From Azolla caroliniana (Eukaryota; Plantae; Polypodiophyta): a stretch of DNA of 64,000 bases. Shown here piece after piece: positions 39,953-50,355 of this stretch. Numbering within the stretch: position 1 is the first letter of the stretch; each line of letters starts with the position of its first letter. Under the pieces are notes generated by a model, which saw only the letters and a list, made by a program, of their open reading frames with translations, made no database searches and was not told the origin of the DNA. Both the position numbers and the translations under genes were made by a program. The stretch lies in the NCBI GenBank assembly GCA_043228905.1, contig JBHGNT010000001.1, forward strand, positions 8,618,001-8,682,000. The letters run 5' to 3'.

Positions 39953-39985
<33 letters not shown>
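39765..39985 (+). mobile_element. Second adjacent copy of the bipartite element (5' end eroded) with (GA)n tail
   Basis: TAAGGTTGCCCAATGGAGAC..GGGTTCAACCCCCTACATTCCA..GGCATCTAGTGAA..GGGTTTCGAACCC..CTTACCATTAGGGTAAGCTAATTA followed by (GA)n. Confidence 0.88.
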
Positions 39986-39988
<3 letters not shown>

Positions 39989-40119
39989 GGGCAAACATTC
40001 CGTATTAGAGGCTCGGGCTCGGGCGGCAAATGTAGAAGAACGGGGAGTGTGGCATCCAACCCCTCGTGGAGCAACGAGGCTAGAGATACGTATGTATATA
40101 CATAGATCCACGAGGCTAG

Positions 40120-40247
40120 AGATAAGTATATACATACATACATACATACATACATATTGATATATGTATACACTATGTATATATGTAAATTTGTAATAAT
40201 GTATGTATGTATGTATGCTCGAGGAAGCGTGAAGAGTAATGAAACCC

Positions 40248-40300
<53 letters not shown>

Positions 40301-40573
40301 TGAGTGAGAAAGTATATTTCTTTTTACTCCCATTATTTTCCTTCTTTTTCCTTTATTTCCCTTTTTGTTCCTTCTCTCTCTCTCTCTCTCTGTGTTTCTG
40401 TGTGTCTGTGTCTCTTTACTTTTTTCTTTTTTTGCCACTTTCGTGTATCATTATTAGTATGTATGTATGTCGTCATGAGCAACAAAGTAGAGCTCTCTGA
40501 GTTTTCTTCCTCGTTCTTTTCGCCATCGCTGCTTCTAGATCGACTGTCGGTAAGTACACACACCCACCCACAC

Positions 40574-40647
<74 letters not shown>

Positions 40648-40755
40648 GAATTAAAGAACAAACAAACGAACAAAACACAGTTTCCTTTTCTTCCGTAATC
40701 AACAGAGCTTTTTTGAACCCCCCCCCCCCCCCCCCCTTCTTCTTCTTCTTCTATA
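40120..40755. repeat. Microsatellite cluster (TACA, GA, CT, CA, poly-C, CTT) upstream of the NST1-like gene
   Basis: Directly visible; source of several spurious low-complexity ORFs. Confidence 0.9.
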
Positions 40756-41352
40756 ATAACACCGTTCCGTTCTCCATCTTCGATTCAACAGTAAGAATCT
40801 TGGTGTGATATTCGGGTTCTACTTCAGATGCTGTATCCGTCAACATCTCCAACAGATTTCTTTGTATACAAATCCTGGTACAGATTTAGCTGTTTCTCAA
40901 TTCCAGTTTCAGTTGGACTTCCTCTCATGTCTGATGAAGAAAGTGGTTAAAGCTCGTGGTGTACAGATTTAGCCTTATCCCTATCTATTTTTGAATGCAT
41001 TCAGTTCCGATTAATAAAGTGGTTAAATCTCTTCGAGAAAAATCTAGAGGTAGCAATAATGAAGTAAAATTATTGAACCTCAGGACAAGTGGGAAGCATT
41101 AGGGTTGAAAGTTTAAAGTTTGCAACAACAAGAAGAAAGTGTTAGCTTTGCAGTGGCTGAAATCTTTGTGCAACTTACAAGGATTAGAGTTAACATCAAT
41201 GAAGTGTTTTTCTTACAGTTTGGTACAAGTGCCGAGGATTAAATAAAGTTGGAATAGAGTTTTTGTTTAACAGTGATTGAATTCTCAGTACCAGTGTCTA
41301 ATACCAGAGATTAGGGTTTCGTTTTTCTTCTAAAAGAAATATAGTAAATACA

Positions 41353-44300
41353 ATGTGTATTTTATGCGTGGCATCGAGATGGTCACGCCGCATCATCACA
41401 TTACTACCATGGCTAGTGATCCCGTTGATTATACTGTGGGCCCTATCACAACTATTACCACCTAGCTTTCGGTTTGAGATTACCTCACCAAGATTAGCTT
41501 GCCTTGCAGTGCTTCTAGTGAGCTTATGTTGGTATGAATTAGTAATGCCGAAGGTTTCATCTTGGAGAGACCGAAGAAGAGCTCTCTTGAGAGAAAGAAA
41601 GAGAATCGAAGCACAAGAAGTGGCAAAATGGAGGAAAGAAGCCATTCGCAGATGTCGGAATTGTTATATGCCTTATAAGGATCAGAAGACCCCTGGCAGT
41701 GGCCGATTTATGTGTACTTTTTGTGGTCATGTCTCGAAAAGACCTGTACTGGATGTACCTGATGGAAGCACACAACAAATGGGTGGGAACATGTTTTCAA
41801 TGGCTGGATTTAATATGGGAGTTGTGAATAATGGTGGTGGAATTTCGGCTTCAAGAAGCTCAAGGATTTGGAATGGTAGAGTGTCACAAGATAGATCTAG
41901 AGGTTGGATTGAAGGGGTCAATTGGAGTATGAATAGTAACACATGGTTTGGGGGTCCTTGGCCAAGTAATTCCTTCTACTCAGGGACAACATCCGGTTGG
42001 ACTGGTGCAGGGGCTTTTATCAGTATGGGTATTTTTGGACGAGAAAGATGCTCTGCAGGTGAATCATACTTTGGAATCTTTTGGTTCCTATTCAAAGTTA
42101 TATCCCAATTGTCTTTTTTTTTGGTTTGTACATTTGGGAAGCTATGGAAGATGGGCTATGATGGAGATGATGATATCGATGAGGGTCATCAGTCTTACCA
42201 TAACAGGGGATATGCTATTCCTTCTCCTGAAAGAAAATGGGAGAAAGCTCGTCGTAAGGCGGAAGAGAAAAGATTAGCTAGAATTGAGAAAGAACAAATG
42301 GAGGCCGAGGAAAGGAAGCAAAGAGAAGAAGTAGCTAGATTGGTGGAAGAGAGAAGGAGGCAACGGGATGAGAAGCTTGAAGTAGAGAAAGAAAGTGAAA
42401 GAGAAGCAGCTGCAGAAAGGGAGAGGGAAATGAGGCGTGAGAGAGAGGCAGAGAGGCGAAAGCAAGAGAAAGCCAAGGAAAAAGAGAAAGTAACGACGAA
42501 GGAAAAAGTGAAGGATCAAGAATTGGAAGAATCGAGAAAAAGAAAAGTTAAGGAAAATGAGAAGAAGACTGATGTAGACAGGAATGAAATTGAGGATTCT
42601 GTCAAACCTTTGAAACCAGCTAAGGTGGAATTGTGTAGCAAAGGAATTGAGAGTGGAACAAAAGCTTATCTTTTGAGTAAATCAGCTTGCACAAAGAACC
42701 TAAAAAATAGTACATTTACAGAGTCGAAGAATGTAGTATCTTCTACTAAGAGCACACCCTCTTTCTGGAGAAGAACCTTTTCATCGAGAAGCTCAAATAA
42801 TGGGGGAAAAGCATCAAAGGCAGTAATATCTAGTACATCTTCATCTCTCACAACATCAAATTCATGCTTGACTTTGACTGGAAAATCTGAGGGTTCTAGT
42901 TCAGCATGGAATAAAATGCATTGGACAAACGTTTGGGGCAAGGCAACGAAAAATGTTGCAGATGATGTTCCCAACAATCCAAATAATAGTTGTGAGAATC
43001 TAAATTATGCTCCTAAGAAGATGAATGAAGGATCCAAGAATGTAGGTAATGGTTCTCAGAAGTTAAATGATGGTTCCAAGAAGTTTGTGATGGTTGAAAA
43101 TACAGAGAAGATTGCTGATCCAGACAAGAGTGGAGGTGCCAAAGATCTCATTGATGGAACCATTGTATCAACTTCCATGGTAGAGATAAGCATCTATTAT
43201 GATGAGTTTAATGCTTAAACTTTTGTTTCAAACTTAAAAGTTCTAATTTTATGTGATTTTCCACCTTAATTTTAAAAGTTAAAGTTAAACGATCCACCTC
43301 ACGTGATTTTCCTGAAACATCAAAATCTTGTATGGCCTCTATTTGTGCATCAGAGATTTCAGTTCCGTCTTATCTGCATTATAATTGAAAGAAATCACTG
43401 TCTATCCCTGAACGAACTGGTATAAGACAAAAACGTCTTGAGAGTGAAAGAATCAAGTCAAGATTCATGTTTATTGTGGATAAATAAACATGCATAATCA
43501 ATTGATTGTAAATGTATGATCAATGTGCGATAAAGTTTCTTGCATTTTGATCATATATTATGAAGACCATGCTGAATGTTAGAGAATTGGAAGTGATGGG
43601 GGCATTGACATCTGATTATAGTGGCATTTTGTTAATGATCAGTTCAGTGTACCGTGTCAAATAGGCAAACCATTCCTATGCAATGTACATTAGCCAGCAT
43701 GCTAGAGAAAAAATGAATAGGTTCCTGCTCTCTTTTTTGTTTTACCCTTGTCATTGGAGATTTTAAAGTAATTCCAAAGTTCTAGAATATTAACCCTGAT
43801 CATTGTCTGATTTCCATAAGGAGTGAGATTATTATAGCACACTTACATATAGTGCCAAGATTCTAAATGTTGTAATCCCTGTGTGGTTCCTGCAAAATGA
43901 CTCAGTGGGCTCTAGTTATAGATGCTCGCTTATGAAGTGTCATGTTTACATTGACCAGCTCACACTTGCCAGTCGCATTTACTGCTAGTACCCATCCCTC
44001 CCTATGTCTTGAGACATAACAAGAAAGTTACGTATGGTTGAGTGGAGTGGCTCACTTTCGTGGTACACAAGTAGCTTTAATAGGGATGTAGGGTTCCTTG
44101 TAAGTCTGAGATAAAGAACAATATGCTAAATGTAGCCACATTATGAACATACTGGATTATTTTGTAAGTTTGTGGCTGTGTACCTTTAAAATGTAAAGAA
44201 AGAAACCAAGGAGAGAATATGAAGCAGGAGTATTCCTCATGTACTAATTTTCTGAAAAAAAGTTAATGATGCACAAGTAATTAAGAAGGTAATCAATTAA

Positions 44301-45550
44301 AAGAGGCACTAAAAAGAGAATTAATGAAACGGGCTTTTGGAACTTCTAAAGGGCATAAAACTCCAACTTACCTAAATGTCATTGGAGAATGCTTCCTCAA
44401 GTTTGGGCTCATTGAGACTTCATTTCACATCCAAGAAGCTGAATTGCTCCTGAACATGGAACAAGGAAGTTGACATCTTGTTGGCGCCAAGGTGGGTGCC
44501 CTTTTCAGTGTTTCCTTATTGATGATAAATAGAAGAGAATAATATAAGATAGAGCCCAAAGCTAACAAATACACCAACAGTTTACAACAATATTCAGCAA
44601 GTAAAATCCTACATATGTAGCTTCCAAGGTACTCTCGCTGAAAATTTTAGAAAAAGATAGAATCAGCTGCGAGACTGAAGGGTGTCAGCAGTCTAAATTG
44701 AATTCCATGTTCTACATAAAGTAAGAGGCTTGTTGGAATAAGGCAAGTCTTGGTCATGCCACAAATCAAAACCAAAACAGAAAATAAGTTTTTGTCAAGA
44801 TCTTTAATGAGCTCTACCAAAGGTATCTGTGAATTTACCATGCTCACTAACTTATAATCTCAGCAGGGTATAGAAAGAAATATAAATTAACATCTTTTAA
44901 GAGGCCAAAATGGCCTATGTCATTGACCATGGTGTTATCTCAACAGTCATAAGGACCTTAATTTCTAAATTTTTACAAGGCCCTTATTACTCGCTGACTG
45001 ACCTGTTGTCCAAATATTTGCCCCCCACATTTCGTCCCAGATTTGCTTCATGTCTTTGCTTTAAAATGCTAATTGCCATTTTTAATGAGAGAAGTGCTTG
45101 ATCTACATTTGTACTTCAGGCCGAAGAGTTTCAATCTTTATGTTCTTTTCTTGTTCTTCGATCTTATGGATAATGTACATGTTTCTTGTCCTACTATGTA
45201 TATTGGTGCATGGGTTCTTGCCCGCACATCTGTTACGCAATTAGTGATTGTCTTATACTTCTTTGAATATAATTGATTTTGCTCAAACTTTTATTTTCAT
45301 GTTTAGCATCCACATAGGGTGAGATACATAATCCTCAATGTATGGGAGACAACATGCATCACCCTCCCATGCTTCTTGAGAGAAGAAAGAACAAAATATA
45401 TATTAACATCTTTTATGAGGCCAAAATGGCCTATAAGACCAAACAAGATATTACATCTTAAAGTGTTGTCTTGTCTTTGAGAATAACAAACCAAAATAAA
45501 TGTTACCAAGTAAATAAAGTAAATAAGATAAAAGGAGACTAAAGAATCTT

Positions 45551-45604
<54 letters not shown>

Positions 45605-47955
45605 AGATTTGCAGAGTAATGTCTCACAACAACCAATAGCACCTCCATCAAATCTTTCTGATTCATGGGATAATCTCTTCTCTGGGCCCATGTGCTTACC
45701 ACCTGTGGAACTGCCCGTTGGTTCAGCATATCAAGAAATAATGAAATCTAGGATGGGATCCAACATCCATCAAGTTTCTTATGCTCCCTCATCATTACTA
45801 TCTGCACAATCATATTTCGGAGATACTGCAGGATCACCTTGTACATATTCTAATTTGACTAATTCTGCTATATCATCTTCTCTTCCTCCAAGTGTCTCAA
45901 GTTCAATTAATATGTTTGATTTTTCTGGGGAGGAAATTCAGGATTCTCTTGATAACATTAGCTCAAATGTTGAACTGAACCCTCTCTCGGCCTTGAATCT
46001 TGCTAGCACATTGAACCCACCATTGCAATACTCTTTCAATAGAAACAAAGATGATCTTATGCACATGTTGAAACCGTGGGATGCATCTACATTCTTAGGT
46101 GAGAGCACAAATGGTGATTCAAATGATCCCAGATGGAATCATTGGAATGCACCTGTACCCCAGCGACAAGAAGTAAACTTTTTACAGACATCACAATGGG
46201 ATCCATCATTTCAGAATAGAAATAACCAGATGCAATCGTTCTCGCCAAATTTAACGGAATCAGGTTTCAACGTGGTTCCACCACCTTCATCTAGTTTTTT
46301 CTCATGTTCACAAAATGACAACATAAATCCTTCCTACAGTGAATCCTCTTGTGCTCCAATGTTTGGTAACAAAAATTGGTCGAACATGTCAGCATCAAAT
46401 TCAATGATGCATGCTTGGGAAGATGCAGATATGAACCAAATTATCCCTGCAGAATTTGTGGATTGTATTACATATTCAGTCATGCAAGATCCAGTAATTA
46501 CTGCAGATGGTCATTCATATGAGCGGTCTGCAATTGAAGCATGGCTCAAGTAAGAGATTTGTTTGTTGTTTTCTGAACCTTTTTTTGAGAAAGTATCTTT
46601 GCTATATGTTTTGTTTTTACCATAAATGTTTTTGCCTTACGGGGTTAATAAGAAAATATCTAATCTTGAATATAAAGGATTCCATTACAAACTGAACATA
46701 TACGAAAAATGTTTAATGGAATTCACAAAAAGTGAGAATGCTAAACATAAATAAGGTGGTTGGTGGTTTATTGTTAGGTCTCATGGGCCATTGTGACCTC
46801 TTATAAATCATAGTCACTCCCTGTCTAAGTTTTTTGCATTTCAGAAGTAGTTTTCTCTCATACGCAGAAGTGACCTCTCGTTGACATTAACGTAACTTTC
46901 TTTATTTCAGATAAAAAAATTATAATTCCAATAAACAGGGGAGTATCTAGTCTGCAATTGAGTTTTGGAGTTCTTCTGATTTTTGGAAACACCAGTACAC
47001 CAAATAATAATCATAATTCATAAAGTGAAATACAGGCTTGCTTTACTACTAATATATACTAACAGTCAGCTTCTTTATATTTGTCAAGCTACAACACATT
47101 TATCACACAACCCTTCCAAAGTACTCCCCACGTTTTTTCAGATTCCAAGTCATCTTCTAGATGCATACACTTTTGAATCCTATTATTGATCTTAATCATG
47201 TCAGAGAATATTTTTTGCATGTCCCTTCCTATGCAATTAGCGTGAGCTAATCTGCTTCCCATCAAAACAGGTTTAACATATTAGATAAATAGCTTTAAGG
47301 TTGTCAGTTGTCATTGTCATACAAAATTAGGCACTAACACTATTAACCCTGAAGGGAGAATTTGGAGTTTCCAATTTGAAGTCATCTCTTAGAGATGTGT
47401 CATACACTTTTGAATCCTATTATTGATTTGAATGATTTTGGACAATCTTTTGTGCATGATCCTTTCTATACAATTAAATTAACATGAGTTAGACTGGTAA
47501 CTCTAAGGTTGGCACTTATTCTATTATCCCTGAAGGGAAAATTCTGAGTGTCTATACATTAGAAATAGGTATCTTTTGTCGTGTGTAAGCTTCTACTGCA
47601 TGGATACAATAGAAGTGAATAAATCAGAATTAATTTTACCGGAGGTGATACATAATTGGGCATGTGCACTAGGTAGATTGGGTATGTGATATGCTAATTA
47701 TGAGTTCGAGATGCTTTAGTGCTGTTTGTTTGCAATTATGTTTTATTGGAATTTGGACATGTTTCTGAGTAGTCTCATATTAATAAAAACCGACATATTT
47801 ATGCTGGCAGATTACATGATACCAGTCCTAAGACAGGTGAAATTTTACCACCCCCGCCTGGAGGTGATGGGACTGGTGTTGATAAAACATTGCGGCCAAA
47901 TCATATTCTTCGAGGCCAGATTATTGAATTCATGGAACATTTAGCGCGAGGGTAA
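41353..47955 (+). CDS. NST1-like membrane/zinc-ribbon/coiled-coil protein with predicted C-terminal U-box (putative E3 ligase), ~968 aa
   Basis: Predicted exons 41353-43179, 45615-46549 and 47811-47955, with compatible phases (0, then 2). An alternative donor at 47951 could add exon 48321-48357. The N-terminus MCILCV..WSRR..LPWLVIPLI.LWALSQLLPP.FRFEITSPRLAC and CRNC..CTFCGHVSKRP match the plant NST1-like family as I recall it. An EKR-rich coiled coil follows. U-box: IPAEFVDCITYSVMQDPVITADGHSYERSAIEAWLK/LHDTSPKTGE..LRPNHILRGQI. The exon1-exon2 join is inferred. Confidence 0.75.
45380..45600 (-). mobile_element. Short LINE-3'-tail-like dispersed repeat plus (GA)n
   Basis: GAGGCCAAAATG..AGACCAAA..ATTACATCTTA..TCTTTGA..AACAAACCAAAA matches 11420-11510, 44900 (partial) and, inverted, 12865-12965. 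A (GA)~24 tract follows at 45554-45600. Confidence 0.7.
47140..47550. repeat. Diverged ~240-bp tandem duplication in the U-box intron
   Basis: AAGTCATCT..CATACACTTTTGAATCCTATTATTGAT..CCCTGAAGGGA occurs twice. Confidence 0.75.
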
Positions 47956-49842
47956 GGACTTTTAAAATACTTTATTTACACTGTTTTCTTCATATGGTTA
48001 ATTAATATATACATTTTAAGAAGAAAAGGTATAATTGAAGCTGTAGGGAGATGTATAATGGTTTTTCATCCCTAGATTTCTAGTTGAAATATATCAAAAG
48101 GGCATAGTTCTTTGACCAGCAGTCCCTTCTCTTTGATACCTTGGAAGAGAGATTTCTTCATTATTCTGTCTTGCAATTTCTGACTGACTGATAGAACCTG
48201 GCATATTGTATTTCCAATGGTTCTGGTGGCTCCTTGAAGTGGCCCTTCAATGTCTGTTAATTGTGTACTCTTCCTGAGATAAACTTGCTGACTATGCTTT
48301 TTCTAGTTTGCGTCCTGCAGTCATAGTAATAGTTGCAGCTTTCAGGCCAGGGAATGATTCTGATGGATTAGAGTAAATAGAATATTATGCTGACTCTAAT
48401 GAGGAGAAAGCACAAAGATGTGGTGATCACTTATGTAAATCTGCATTGGATGATTATCAGGTGATCATACTCAAATACCTGCAATGAAGTGCCTCCACAT
48501 TATCCATCAGGAGCCAGACATAAGCATATCTATACACAGATAATAGTTTGCAGATCATGACAATTGAATTTTCCAACTATCATATACTTGATGAGACAAT
48601 CTGTCATACTATTCAATTGATCATTTTCTAGTTAGTATTTGTTGATAGCTTGAGCGATCTTTGCCTTTTGTACTTCAGACCTTTGAAGATGTTAAAATAA
48701 CCATGTTTTTCTGTCCCAGAAACATAAAAGCATCATATTTCTTAAATATTCTTGTAAAGTTTTCTGTATCTGGAATATCTGGGCTTTCCTATCAGGTGTA
48801 TATCTGTGACAATGCTCGTATCTGCTGCCCAAAGTACTTGTAGATATTTTCTGCTGAGATGACTTACGACAAATACCTGACATAGGATACAAATTCCATG
48901 CATACGGACAGTGGCCGTACATTTATGAATATGACTGCAAGGGTTTCTGTCAGTCCTATCCGTGTATATATTAAGGAGGAATTTGCACATCAGTAAAAGC
49001 TACACACATTTGACTAGTAGATTACATTAGCAGTTAAGATATCATAATCAATCAAGCATGAATATGTTGTGGACTGTTGCCAATGACTACTTTTTTGCTT
49101 TCTTTCAGATGAAGTCTGTCTGACTTGTATTCCAAGGCATTATCCATTTTTTAGTTGCACCTCTTTTAAAACCATATTCAATGCATCATTTCCCTGGTGT
49201 GATGCATGCACCTTGCTGCAGTGGCTGTGTTGTATTTTTGGATGCTTTTTAACTTCCTATCTTTCTGCTGTATAATAACAGCATCAAGAAAAAAAAGAGA
49301 AATGAAAGAGATGTTGGAAATAATGTTTTGTTATGCAGGATTGGATCACATGGATTTAGAATGAATTCTGGTTGGAAGGGCAGTACTTCTGATGTAAATA
49401 GCTCTTTATGGTCAGAAACTGAAGGAGATAAACCGCACATGAGAGGCTTTTATCCAATGCCAGGGTCAGAATGTGTTTGGTCTTATGGTGAGAGAGGAAT
49501 CTGAATGGCCTTTCCTTTGTACATCTCTATTTGACTTGTGTTCATCAGTTTCTTACGGGATGAACTTAAGCCTAATGAAAATCTTGTTTAATTTTCGTCA
49601 CATCTAGAATCCAGCATTGTGTGTATGTGTCTCTCTAAATTGCATGCTCAGCGTGTAAGGTAAATATGTGTCATCCTCAGATTTCCACCAAGAAGGCTGA
49701 GCACATGTGCGTGCATTATTTCATTTCGAGAGTTTTTACTACAGAATAGCAACCCCCTTTCTAAGGAAGGAGGCACATACAAGATGATATGTTGATTTGG
49801 TCCCATAGGTCGAAATTGGCTTCATCATGGAGTATGAAATAC

Positions 49843-50355
49843 ACTCACTCTCTCGTAATTATCTTACCCTAGTGGTAAGTCATTTGCACTACTAGCGCTA
49901 TATCTTGGGTTCGAAACCCAAATTTCTAACCTCTCTATTACAGTATATATATCTCTTATTTCACAAGATGCCACTGTGGCACTCACTCTCGTAATTAGCT
50001 TACCCTAATGGTAAGTCATTTGCACTACTAGCGCTATATCTTGGGTTCGAAACCCAATTTTCTCACCTCTCTATTACACTATATATATCTCTTCTTTCAC
50101 TAGATGCCACTGTGGCACTCACTCTCTCTCTCTCTCTCTCGTAATTAGCTTACCCTAGTGGTAAGTCATTTGCACTTATGATACTAGTGCTATATCTTGG
50201 GTTCGAAACCCAAATTTCTCACCTCTCTATTACACTATATATCTCTTATTTCACTAGATGCCATTGTGGAATGTAGGGGTTGAACCCATGACCACCTGGT
50301 CTCCAATGGGCAACCTTACCAACTGAGCTATCCATCTGCTCTCTCTCTCTCTCTC
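49843..50355 (-). mobile_element. Bipartite element array: one full copy (50141-50338) plus two tandem copies of its second module (~49843-49980, 49981-50116)
   Basis: Three repeats of GTAATTA(G/T)CTTACCCTA(G/A)TGGTAAGTCATTTGCACT..GGGTTCGAAACCCAA..AGATGCCA. Only the last continues into GGGGTTGAACCCATG..CCAACTGAGCTA. (CT)n spacers and flanks are present. Confidence 0.92.

Noticed and set aside
39943-40673. Several 60-160 aa ORFs (poly-LS, poly-HT, poly-VC)
   Set aside because: Translations of microsatellites; the same applies to ORFs at 1112-1407, 28147-28576 and 36724-36969.
42195-42977. Antisense ORFs overlapping the NST1-like gene (likewise within TZF, PIN and ARO)
   Set aside because: Shadow frames of real coding sequence with no independent motifs.
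49843-50355. CRISPR-like repeat-spacer array
   Set aside because: Eukaryotic context, units repeated along their whole length with no unique spacers, and no cas genes.
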